The notes beneath the pieces were generated by a model. That model saw only the letters and a list, made by a program, of their open reading frames with translations, searched no databases and was not told where the DNA came from. Of a stretch of DNA of 64,000 nt, positions 29,815 through 38,255 are shown piece after piece; positions within the stretch are counted from its first letter, which is position 1, and each line of letters begins with the position of its first letter. The position numbers were made by a program, and so were the translations under genes. Source of the stretch: Candidatus Aminicenantes bacterium (lineage in GTDB: Bacteria; Acidobacteriota; Aminicenantia; Aminicenantales; UBA4085); NCBI GenBank assembly GCA_026393855.1, contig JAPKZJ010000061.1, forward strand, positions 37,306 to 101,305, read 5' to 3'.

Positions 29815-30728
29815 GCATCCTGGCCGGATCGGCAACCCGCGTCCTTGTGCAAGGCTTCACCGGCCGGGAGGGGACGTTTCACGCCCAGCGGATGATCGAA
29901 TACGGAACGCGGGTCGTCGGCGGCACCTCGCCCGGCAAGGGCGGGAGCAGGCATCTCGGACTTCCCGTTTTCGACACCATGGCCGAGGCGCTGACGGCGA
30001 CCGGCGCTACCGCTTCGGTCGTCTTTGTCCCCCCTCTACGGGCGGCCGGGGCCGTCCGGGAGGCGGCTGAGGCGGGCATCGGCTTGGTCGTCTGCATCAC
30101 CGAGGGCATTCCGGTCCTGGACGTGATCGAAGTCAAAGCTTGGCTGGCCGCGAAAGGAACGCTTCTCATCGGACCCAACACGCCCGGGATCATTGTTCCG
30201 GGCGAGACCAAGATCGGGATCATGCCCGGATCGATCCATCGGCCGGGAACGGTGGGCCTCGTCTCCCGCTCGGGGACGCTGACTTACGAGGCCGTCCATC
30301 AATTGACCGCGGCCGGCCTCGGCCAGTCGACGGCCATGGGCATCGGAGGCGATCCCGTCATCGGCTTGGACTTCATCGATTGCCTGGCGGCTTTCCGTGA
30401 CGATCCCCGAACGGAAGCCGTCGTCCTGATCGGAGAAATCGGCGGCTCGGCCGAAGAGGACGCCGCCGACTATCTCCGCTCCGGATACCCCAAGCCCGTT
30501 TTCGCCTATGTCGCCGGCCGGACTGCGCCTCCGGGCAAGCGCATGGGCCACGCCGGGGCCATCATCGAGGCCGCGGGAGTGACCAGGCTTCCGGGGCCCC
30601 GCCAAACGAACTCAGCAGGGAACGGGATCGCCGCCGCCAAGATCGCGGCTCTGCGCGAAGCAGGCGCCATGGTCATCGACAGCCCGGCCGCGATTGGGGA
30701 AACCGTCCGGAGGAGGCTCCGTTGCTGA
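29811..30728 (+). CDS. sucD: Succinyl-CoA synthetase alpha subunit
   Basis: 305 aa. [26 protein letters not shown] and the phosphohistidine motif MGHAGAII. The start overlaps the sucC stop (GTGA). Confidence 0.9.
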   Translation: MSILAGSATRVLVQGFTGREGTFHAQRMIEYGTRVVGGTSPGKGGSRHLGLPVFDTMAEALTATGATASVVFVPPLRAAGAVREAAEAGIGLVVCITEGIPVLDVIEVKAWLAAKGTLLIGPNTPGIIVPGETKIGIMPGSIHRPGTVGLVSRSGTLTYEAVHQLTAAGLGQSTAMGIGGDPVIGLDFIDCLAAFRDDPRTEAVVLIGEIGGSAEEDAADYLRSGYPKPVFAYVAGRTAPPGKRMGHAGAIIEAAGVTRLPGPRQTNSAGNGIAAAKIAALREAGAMVIDSPAAIGETVRRRLRC

Positions 30729-31405
30729 AAGTCGATCTGCACACCCATTCGGGCGACGATCCCCAGGACCGCATCCGGTATTCCAGCCGGGATCTCATCG
30801 ATCGGGCGGCAGGGCTCGGCTTCGACGCACTGGCCATCACCAACCACAACGCCTTGGCTCACACGCCCGCGCTGGCCGCCTACGCCGCCGCGCGCGGCCT
30901 CTTGCTTCTACCGGGAGTGGAAATCACGGTCGGAGGCTGCCATGTGCTGGTCATCAACCCCGAGTTCGCCGCCTCGCCTTCCGTCAAATACACGCTCGCC
31001 GACATCCCGAGCCTTAAAACCCCAGGCAGCCTTTTCATCGCTCCGCATCCGTATTTCGTCTTCTTCCAGTCCCTGGGAAAGAGGATCGAAGCCGTGCTCC
31101 CCTATTTAGACGCCATCGAATTCGCGTCCTATTATAATCGAGTGATCGACTTTAACCGGCCGGCCGTGCGCTTGGCCGCCCGAACGGGGAAGCCTCTCAT
31201 CGGCACTTCCGACTGCCATACCGTCCGACAGCTCGGCCGCACCTATTCCCTGATCGAGGCAGAAAAGACGCCGGAATCCATCCTGGCGGCCGTCAAAACC
31301 GGCCGGGTCGAGGTCCGGAGCGTGCCGATCTCGCTGGCGATGATGGCCTCGATCGTCTTGGGCCAATTTTCGATCCGCAAGCTGGCCCGGTTGTTCGAGC
31401 GCTGA
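30722..31405 (+). CDS. PHP domain-containing phosphoesterase
   Basis: 227 aa. N-terminal [11 protein letters not shown] (the PHP H-x-H metal motif), ITNHN and a later SDCH. The TTG start overlaps the sucD end by 7 nt, so the start is uncertain. Confidence 0.65.
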   Translation: MLKVDLHTHSGDDPQDRIRYSSRDLIDRAAGLGFDALAITNHNALAHTPALAAYAAARGLLLLPGVEITVGGCHVLVINPEFAASPSVKYTLADIPSLKTPGSLFIAPHPYFVFFQSLGKRIEAVLPYLDAIEFASYYNRVIDFNRPAVRLAARTGKPLIGTSDCHTVRQLGRTYSLIEAEKTPESILAAVKTGRVEVRSVPISLAMMASIVLGQFSIRKLARLFER

Positions 31406-31406
31406 T

Positions 31407-31478
31407 CGCGGCCCCGCCTACCGCTTCTAGCGGGAAAGGGGCCAGGCCGCCGCGGCCCCGCCAACCGCTCCTAGCGGG
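31407..31478. repeat. Two 28-nt near-identical units (31407-31434 and 31451-31478), each containing a short hairpin
   Basis: CGCGGCCCCGCCTACCGCTTCTAGCGGG versus CGCGGCCCCGCCAACCGCTCCTAGCGGG (26/28 identical). Each has an internal CCGCT-NCT-AGCGG inverted repeat. They lie in the intergenic region between the PHP and MBL genes. Confidence 0.7.
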
Positions 31479-31544
31479 GAGCGGGGTTGCCTTTGCTCAG
31501 CGGCCCGGAGTATAAATCCTTTTAGCCACCGCAGGAGATACCTC

Positions 31545-32459
31545 ATGATGAAAAAGCTGTCGCTTGTAGCCGCCCTGACTTTGGCCCTCTCATTCGCGGG
31601 GCACCCCGCCTTTGCCCAGCAAACCCAGCCCGCGGCCAAGCCGGCCATGCCGGAGATGGCCGCGATGACCGTGCAACAGATCGCCCCGGCTCTCTATCTG
31701 GTCAAGGGCGGCAGCGGCGCCAATACCGCATTCTATGTCGCCAATAAATTCGTCATGGCCATCGACGCCAAGATGTCCGCCGACGCCGCCCGTCAGATGA
31801 TCGCCGCCATCGCCAAGACGACCCCCAACCCCATCCAAACCCTGATCCTCACCCACAGCGACCAGGATCACGTCAACGGCCTGAACGGCTTCCCGGCCGG
31901 GCTGACGATCCTGTCCAGCGAAGGCACGAAGCGGGAGATGGAAGAGGCCTTCAGGGACGAGAAGATGGCCGCGCTTCGCGCTTACCTGCCCACCCAAACC
32001 TATAAAAGCTCATACGACCTGAACGGGGATCTTCCCGGCGGCAAGAAATTCAAGATCTCGCTATTCCACTTCGGCCCGGCCCACACGAGCGGAGATACGA
32101 TCATCCTCTTCCGCGATGAGAAAGTCGCCTTTGTCGGCGATCTGGCTTTCACCGGCCGCGACCCCCTGATTCACCGCCAGAAGGGCGGGACCTCGATCGG
32201 CTATATCGCCACTCTGAAAAAGATGATCGACCTGCCCGCCGACTCGTATCTCTCCGGCCACGCCGATCCTCTGACCAAGGACGACCTGCGGGCCCTGCTG
32301 AAGAGCATGGAAGAGAAGCTGACCAAGGTCAAAGAGCTCGTCGGACAGGGCAAGACGCTGGACGAGGTCAAGACGGCGATGGGCGTCCAGACCCAGGCCG
32401 GGAGCCGCTGGCCCAGCCTGGTCGAGGTCATGTACCTCGATCTGACCGAGAAGCGTTGA
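31545..32459 (+). CDS. Secreted MBL-fold metallo-hydrolase
   Basis: 304 aa. Signal peptide MMKKLSLVAALTLALSFAGHPAFA. Metallo-beta-lactamase motif LTHSDQDHVNG. AGGAGA RBS. Confidence 0.8.
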   Translation: MMKKLSLVAALTLALSFAGHPAFAQQTQPAAKPAMPEMAAMTVQQIAPALYLVKGGSGANTAFYVANKFVMAIDAKMSADAARQMIAAIAKTTPNPIQTLILTHSDQDHVNGLNGFPAGLTILSSEGTKREMEEAFRDEKMAALRAYLPTQTYKSSYDLNGDLPGGKKFKISLFHFGPAHTSGDTIILFRDEKVAFVGDLAFTGRDPLIHRQKGGTSIGYIATLKKMIDLPADSYLSGHADPLTKDDLRALLKSMEEKLTKVKELVGQGKTLDEVKTAMGVQTQAGSRWPSLVEVMYLDLTEKR

Positions 32460-32463
32460 CCGC

Positions 32464-33723
32464 TTACTTCTTCTCGGGGACCGGAGGCATCGCCGGCGGC
32501 GGTGTCTCCTTGAGCGTCAGGACGACATCTTTCTCGACGCCGGCCCGCAGCAGATGGAACTTGATTTCCGCGTCCCAGCCGAACGTCGCCAGATAGATCC
32601 GTAGCTCGTTGGCCTCGTTGAAGGATTTGCCATCGACGAAGAGGACGACATCGCCTCTCTCGAAGCCCTGCCCGACGGCCGCGCCGTCGATGGGCTTGGA
32701 CTCGATGACCAGGTTGTCCATCCCCTTGACCTTCTTGAAGCCCAGCCCGATCGAGGGATAGACCGCCCGGGCCTCGTCGGGGATGCCGACGATGTAATCG
32801 GCCAGGGTCCTCGCCACCTTGATCGACGCCTGCCCCTTGGGCACCGGCACGGCCACGACGGTCTTGAACGGCAGGCCGCTGCGCTCATGCGCCCGCGCGT
32901 TCAGGCCCAGATTGTAAATGAGGTGTCCCGACCCGACCAGGACGACGACCTTGCGGCCCTCGACCTGATGGGCCTTCACGGCATTGGCCCCCATGACCTC
33001 GTTCCAGGCCGATTGGCCGCGCAGCAGGCCCTCGAACATGGCATTGGAGCCCGTGCCCCGCATAGCCGCCGGCATGCCCTCGTTGGAGAAGACCTGCTTC
33101 ATCAGCTCCCGATGCTCGACGCTGCTCAGATCGGGCTTGGGGGCCAGGGCCTTCTCCGCCTCGGACAACGCATCCCAACCCTGCATCCGGATCTTGCTGA
33201 TGATTTCGCGCGGCGCGTTCAAGGCGTAGAGGGGAATCGCTCCGGCCTTGATGATATCGAAGATGGGCTTGTAGAAAGCGTAGTTCTGATTCCAGGTCGT
33301 GTACCACAGGCCTTCCCGGATGAACTGAGCCTCGGTCAGGATGCCCAGGCTCCACTTGGTCAGGACTTCCTGCTGGGTCTCGGGATACATCTCCAGGCCC
33401 ACCGCCAGGCGCCGGTCCTGCTCCAGGAGGGCGGCGATGATCCGAGCCTGCAGCTCGTGAATGGCCATCGAGTTGTGGGTCTCGCCGATATGGACGAACG
33501 GGACGGGCTTCATCTCCTTGATCATCTGTTCGAAGGAGATCGGCTTCCCCGATTCCATGGCCAGGATCTGCCCCACCGCCACGTCGACGGTCTTGTCCTT
33601 GAAGCGCGGATCGCCGAGCTTGAGCGTCAGCGTCTTATCGGGCCCTTCCTGGGCGGCCAGCCCTGCGGCCAGCGCACCAGAGGCCAGAAGAATAATCGGA
33701 ATCAATCGGAGAGATTTCTTCAT
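32464..33723 (-). CDS. Secreted ChaN-like (haem-binding uptake / Tiki superfamily) domain protein with a C-terminal PDZ domain
   Basis: 419 aa. Signal peptide; FVHIGETHNSMAIHELQ (the GE-x-H motif of the ChaN/Cofac_haem_bdg family); C-terminal PDZ-like GLGFKKVKG...GAAVGQGFERGDVVLFVDGKSF. Confidence 0.6.
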   Translation of the reverse strand: MKKSLRLIPIILLASGALAAGLAAQEGPDKTLTLKLGDPRFKDKTVDVAVGQILAMESGKPISFEQMIKEMKPVPFVHIGETHNSMAIHELQARIIAALLEQDRRLAVGLEMYPETQQEVLTKWSLGILTEAQFIREGLWYTTWNQNYAFYKPIFDIIKAGAIPLYALNAPREIISKIRMQGWDALSEAEKALAPKPDLSSVEHRELMKQVFSNEGMPAAMRGTGSNAMFEGLLRGQSAWNEVMGANAVKAHQVEGRKVVVLVGSGHLIYNLGLNARAHERSGLPFKTVVAVPVPKGQASIKVARTLADYIVGIPDEARAVYPSIGLGFKKVKGMDNLVIESKPIDGAAVGQGFERGDVVLFVDGKSFNEANELRIYLATFGWDAEIKFHLLRAGVEKDVVLTLKETPPPAMPPVPEKK

Positions 33724-33803
33724 GATGCGGCTCCTCGTACGAGTTGACGAAAAAAGTCGTGAATAACCGACACGGCGCCGGAGCAGGCAGGACCCGTCTC
33801 TTT

Positions 33804-35897
33804 CTATTCTTCTTCCTGCCGGACCCGGCCTTCCTTGACCGCCTCGGCGATGATCTTCTGCTGGAGGTGGGACGGGACCTCATCCAGATGGCTGAAAACC
33901 ATCAGGAAAGAGCCGCGGCCGCCGGTGATCGAGGTTAGAGTCGGCTCGAAGTCGAGCATCTCCGACATGGGCACGACGGCCTTCAGGATGCGCATGGTAC
34001 CCTTCTGCTCCATGCCGCTGACCTTGCCCCGTCGGCCGTTGAGGTTGCCCATGATGTCGCCCATGTACTGCTCGGGCGTGTAGACCTCGACGTTCATGAC
34101 CGGCTCCAGGATGGTCGGCTTGGCCTGCTGCATGGCCAGCTTGAAGGCCTTATGGGCGGCGATCTTGAAAGCGATGTCCGAGGAATCGACGTCGTGGTAG
34201 GACCCGTCGTAAAGGATGATCTTTAAGTCGACCACCGGATAACCGGCCAGCACGCCCTTCTTGCGGGCTTCGAGCATCCCCTTCTCGACCGAGGGGATGA
34301 AGTTGCGCGGGATGGCCCCGCCGAAGATCTTATCGTCGAACTCAAAGTCCTTACCGCGCGCCAGGGGCTCCATCTTGATCCAGATATCGCCGAACTGGCC
34401 GCGGCCGCCGGTCTGTTTCTTGTGCCGGCCCTGGACGTCGGCCCGCCCCTTGATCGTCTCTTTGTAGGAGATCTTCGGGGGCTTGAGCTCGACGTCGACG
34501 TTATACCGCTTCTTTAGCTTTTCGGTGATGATGCGGACGTGCAGCTCCCCTCCGCCGGAGATCAGAAGCTGGGCCGAATCCGGATCGCGCTCGAAGCCGA
34601 CCGTGGGATCCTCTTCCATGATCCGATGCGAGGCCTGACTGATCTTGTCTTCGTCGGCCCGCGTCTTGGGCTCGATGGCGAAGGAGATCGAGGGCGCGGG
34701 GAACTTGATGGCCGGGATGGCGATCCCGCAGCCCTTGCCGGACAGGGTTTCGCCGGTGGCCGTAGCTTTTAGCTTGGCCGTGGCCACGATGTCGCCGGCA
34801 TGCGCCTGGCCGGCCGGAATCTGTTCCTTGCCCTGGAGGAAGAACAGGCCGCCCAGCTTCTCGTCCATCTCTTTGGCCGTATTGGCCAGGAGGGCGTCGG
34901 GGTTCGCCCGGCCGGAGAAGACCCGCATCACGCTGATGCGGCCGGTATAGGGATCGGATAAGGTCTTGAAGATCAGCGCGGCGAACGGGCCGTCGGAGGA
35001 AGGGGCGATCTTGTCGTCCTTGCCCGCGACGACCGCGGCCACCGGGCCGCGCTCGACCGGGGTCGGCATCAGGCCGAGAATCCCGTCGAGAAGGGTCTGA
35101 ACGCCGATGTTCTGGCCGCCCGAAACGGCGAAGACCGGGTAGATTTGGCGGGCCAGAATAGCCTTTTTCAAACCCCTGGCGATGTCATCGGCCGGGAGCT
35201 CGCCGGCCTCCAGGTATTTCTCCATCAGTTTCTCATCGCACTCCGCGATCATCTCGACCAGCTCGCGGAAGCGGTGCTCGGCGTCCTCTTTGATTTCAGC
35301 CGGGATGGGTCCTTCGGTGAACTTGCCGCTCTCGTCCTTCTCATACAGATAGGCCTTTTGAGAGACCAGGTCGACCACGCCCCGGAAGTTCTTCTCTTCG
35401 CCGATCGGGATCTGGACGGGAACGGCCTGGCGGCCGAAAAACTGCTGCACGGATTCGATCGTCCGGCTGAAATTGGCGTTCTCGCGGTCCATCTTGCTGA
35501 TGACGACGAGCCGGGGCAGGCTGAACTCCTCCAGCATCTCCCAGACCTTCTCGGTCCCCACTTCGACCCCGGCCACGGCGTCCACCAGGACGGCGGCGCC
35601 GTCGACGGCCCGCAGCCCGGCCGACGTATCCCACAGAAAATTGCTGTAGCCGGGCGTGTCGATGATGTTGATTTTATTATCGTTCCACTCGACAAAACAG
35701 GCCGCCGAGCTGATCGAGATCTTGCGCTCGATCTCCTCGGGCTCGAAATCGGTGATCGTGTTGCCCTTGTCCACCTTGGTCAGGCGGTTGGAGACGCCGG
35801 CATCGAAGAGGACGGCGGCGGCCAGCGTCGTTTTACCGGACGAGCCGTGTCCGACCAGGGCGATGTTCCTGATTTTTTCGACGGGGTAATCTTTCAT
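33804..35897 (-). CDS. Elongation factor G paralog (EF-G2 type)
   Basis: 697 aa translational GTPase. G1 motif VGHGSSGKTT (not the AHIDAGKTT of canonical EF-G), DTPGY, SKMD, then EF-G domains II-V. It is not in an str-operon context. Confidence 0.8.
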   Translation of the reverse strand: MKDYPVEKIRNIALVGHGSSGKTTLAAAVLFDAGVSNRLTKVDKGNTITDFEPEEIERKISISSAACFVEWNDNKINIIDTPGYSNFLWDTSAGLRAVDGAAVLVDAVAGVEVGTEKVWEMLEEFSLPRLVVISKMDRENANFSRTIESVQQFFGRQAVPVQIPIGEEKNFRGVVDLVSQKAYLYEKDESGKFTEGPIPAEIKEDAEHRFRELVEMIAECDEKLMEKYLEAGELPADDIARGLKKAILARQIYPVFAVSGGQNIGVQTLLDGILGLMPTPVERGPVAAVVAGKDDKIAPSSDGPFAALIFKTLSDPYTGRISVMRVFSGRANPDALLANTAKEMDEKLGGLFFLQGKEQIPAGQAHAGDIVATAKLKATATGETLSGKGCGIAIPAIKFPAPSISFAIEPKTRADEDKISQASHRIMEEDPTVGFERDPDSAQLLISGGGELHVRIITEKLKKRYNVDVELKPPKISYKETIKGRADVQGRHKKQTGGRGQFGDIWIKMEPLARGKDFEFDDKIFGGAIPRNFIPSVEKGMLEARKKGVLAGYPVVDLKIILYDGSYHDVDSSDIAFKIAAHKAFKLAMQQAKPTILEPVMNVEVYTPEQYMGDIMGNLNGRRGKVSGMEQKGTMRILKAVVPMSEMLDFEPTLTSITGGRGSFLMVFSHLDEVPSHLQQKIIAEAVKEGRVRQEEE

Positions 35898-36021
35898 GCG
35901 GGAAGCCTCCAGGCGATTGTGTGGCGAAGATCTCTTGAGGTCATCATTTCACGCAAAAGTGAACGCCATCATACACCAAAGAGGGGGACGGCCTCAAGCG
36001 GGGCCGATCCGGCCCGCCCCG

Positions 36022-36978
36022 TCAGCGGCGGCGCTTCTTCGGCAGGGGGCGGGGCGGCTCCGCGCCGCGATGAAGGGCTTTGAGGACCAGGGCCAATTCG
36101 CGCGCCAAGGGAGCCTGGAACTCCATCCAGGCTTCGGTCGTCGGGTGCCGGAACCCGAGAACCCGGGCCTGGAGAAAAAGCCGCGGGAAGCTGGGCCGGC
36201 CTTTCTGGCCCCCATAGCGGCGGTCACCGACGACCGGATGACCGGCCGTGGACAAATGGACCCGAATCTGATGGGTGCGGCCGGTCCGAGGGTGGACTTC
36301 GAGCAGGGCAAAGGGGCCGAAGTTCCGGATCACCCGGTATTCGGTGATGGCCACGCGGGGCCGGCGGGTTTTGATCGAATAGATATGGCCGTCGGTGACA
36401 TGGCGGCCGATCGGCCAATCCAGAGTGCCGGAGTTGCGATGCATGGGTCCCCAGACCAGGGCCCAATAGATCTTCTTGACCTCCCGCTCCTTGAACTGGC
36501 GCTTGAGCTCAACCATGGCACGCTCCGAACGGGCCACGACCATGACGCCCGAGGTGTCGCCGTCCAGGCGGTGAACGATCCCCCAACGGTCCTCCTCCCC
36601 CAACCCCTCGATCTCGGGAAAATGATGAAGCAGAGCATTGACCAAGGTCCCATCCCGATTGCCGGCGCCGGGGTGGACGACCAGGCCGCTGGGCTTGTCG
36701 ATCACGACGATGTCGGCGTCGGCGTAGATGAGATCGAGCGGAATCGGCTCGGCCTTGGCCGGCGCGGGCACGGGAATCTCGACGTCGATTTCGACGCGGT
36801 CCCCCGCCCGCAGCTTGATGCCGGACTTGCGAGCCTCGCCGTTGACCCAGACCTGGCCCTTATCGACGAAGTGCTGGAACTGGGACCGGGTAAAATCCGG
36901 GACTTGGCGGGCCAGAAAGACGTCCAGGCGCACGCCTTCGCCGGCATCGGGCCGGACGAGGAACGAGGTTTTCGGCAC
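36022..36978 (-). CDS. rluD: RluA family 23S rRNA pseudouridine synthase (RluD-like)
   Basis: 318 aa. N-terminal S4 domain (GVRLDVFLARQV) and catalytic motif HRLDGDTSGVMVVA. Confidence 0.85.
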   Translation of the reverse strand: MPKTSFLVRPDAGEGVRLDVFLARQVPDFTRSQFQHFVDKGQVWVNGEARKSGIKLRAGDRVEIDVEIPVPAPAKAEPIPLDLIYADADIVVIDKPSGLVVHPGAGNRDGTLVNALLHHFPEIEGLGEEDRWGIVHRLDGDTSGVMVVARSERAMVELKRQFKEREVKKIYWALVWGPMHRNSGTLDWPIGRHVTDGHIYSIKTRRPRVAITEYRVIRNFGPFALLEVHPRTGRTHQIRVHLSTAGHPVVGDRRYGGQKGRPSFPRLFLQARVLGFRHPTTEAWMEFQAPLARELALVLKALHRGAEPPRPLPKKRRR

Positions 36979-36981
36979 GGC

Positions 36982-37779
36982 TTAGACGCGGGCCCGCTTG
37001 GCAAAGATCCGGAGCATCAGCAGGGACGCGGCCAGCCCCAGCAGGCAGAAAAGCTGGGGGTAGGAGACGCTCAACAGGGGCGAGGGGCCGCGCAGGAGGA
37101 AGGCCCGGTCCGGGTGGTCGCCCCGGAAGAACTCGGTGATGTAGCGAATGATGGAATAGTTCAGGACATAGAGGGAGAAGACCTGCCCCTCGAACTTCTT
37201 CTTCCGCAGGACAAGGAACAGGATCAGCGCGTTGAGGAAGTTGAGGGCCGACTCGTAGAGCTGAACCGGGTGAAGCGGCGTTCCCAACGGGATGCCGGTC
37301 AGGTTATGGGCATATTCGGAATGGAACGTCGCCTTCCAGGGCAGGGCGCACTCCGTGCCGTAGCAGCAGCCGGCTAGGAAACAGCCGATGCGGCCGAAGC
37401 CGTGGCCCAGGGCCAGGGCCGGGACGGCCAGGTCGGCGATCTTCCAGGTCGGCATCTTGTGCCGGCGGAAGTACCACAGGGCGAACAGGATCCCGAAGGC
37501 CAGCCCACCCTGGAAGACGCCGCCGGTGCGGGCGACCCAGATGAGCTCCTTGGGGTTCTTGAAGTAGTAGCCGATGTTGCCCAGGAGCAGGATCAGCTTG
37601 GCCCCGACGAGGGCCACGATCATGATGTAGAAAGCGGCGTCGAGGAGGCGGGGGGCGTCCATCCCCTGCTTTTTCGCCTGACGATAGATGAACCACAGGG
37701 CGAGGGCTACGCCCAAGGCCATCATGAAGCCGTAGGAATGGATGGTCAGCGGACCGAGCTTGATCAGAATGGGTTTCAC
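36982..37779 (-). CDS. lgt: Prolipoprotein diacylglyceryl transferase
   Basis: 265 aa polytopic protein. GPLTIHSYGFMMALG and HGFGRIGCFLAGCCYG are typical Lgt motifs. Confidence 0.9.
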   Translation of the reverse strand: MKPILIKLGPLTIHSYGFMMALGVALALWFIYRQAKKQGMDAPRLLDAAFYIMIVALVGAKLILLLGNIGYYFKNPKELIWVARTGGVFQGGLAFGILFALWYFRRHKMPTWKIADLAVPALALGHGFGRIGCFLAGCCYGTECALPWKATFHSEYAHNLTGIPLGTPLHPVQLYESALNFLNALILFLVLRKKKFEGQVFSLYVLNYSIIRYITEFFRGDHPDRAFLLRGPSPLLSVSYPQLFCLLGLAASLLMLRIFAKRARV

Positions 37780-38255
37780 GCGGGTTGTCTCCTCACAAAA
37801 AAGACGAAGATGAGCAGGACGGCGCCGATGGTGATGCAGCTGTCGGCGACGTTAAAAGTGGGCCAGTAGAAGCTCTTGACGTGCATTTCCAGGAAATCGA
37901 CGACGTAGCCGTGGGCCACCCGGTCGACCAGGTTGCCCAGGGCCCCGGCGATGATGAAGGCGAAGGAGGCCCGGACTAGCTTCTGGGAAGCGGGTGTCCG
38001 AAGGAAATAGACCGCGACCAGGATCATGGCGGCAAAGGCCAGAAGGCCGAGCCCCAGCGGGACGAGGCGGCTGCCGGAAGCGTTGAAGACGCCCAGGATG
38101 GCCCCCTTGTTGCGGAGATGGGTCAGGTTGAAGAACCCGCGGACGACAGGGATCGTCTCGTGCAGGCCGATCTTCGCTTCGATCAGGGCCTTGGAGGCCT
38201 GATCCAGCCCGACCAGCGCAGCCATCAAAGCCAAGTATGGCCAATTCTTCTTCAT
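37776..38255 (-). CDS. lspA: Signal peptidase II (lipoprotein signal peptidase)
   Basis: Start ATG 38255 overlaps the ileS stop (ATGA). MKKNWPYLALMAALVGLDQASK..., GALGNLVDR and FNVADS are typical LspA motifs. Confidence 0.9.
   Translation of the reverse strand: MKKNWPYLALMAALVGLDQASKALIEAKIGLHETIPVVRGFFNLTHLRNKGAILGVFNASGSRLVPLGLGLLAFAAMILVAVYFLRTPASQKLVRASFAFIIAGALGNLVDRVAHGYVVDFLEMHVKSFYWPTFNVADSCITIGAVLLIFVFFVRRQPA

Noticed and set aside
31407-31478. Possible CRISPR-like repeat
   Set aside because: There are only two units, no regular repeat-spacer periodicity beyond that, and no cas genes. I report it as a simple duplicated hairpin motif instead.
35896-37377. 493-aa plus-strand ORF
   Set aside because: It is antisense to rluD and lgt, both of which have clear family motifs. 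It has no RBS and a low-complexity G/P/R/D-rich translation.
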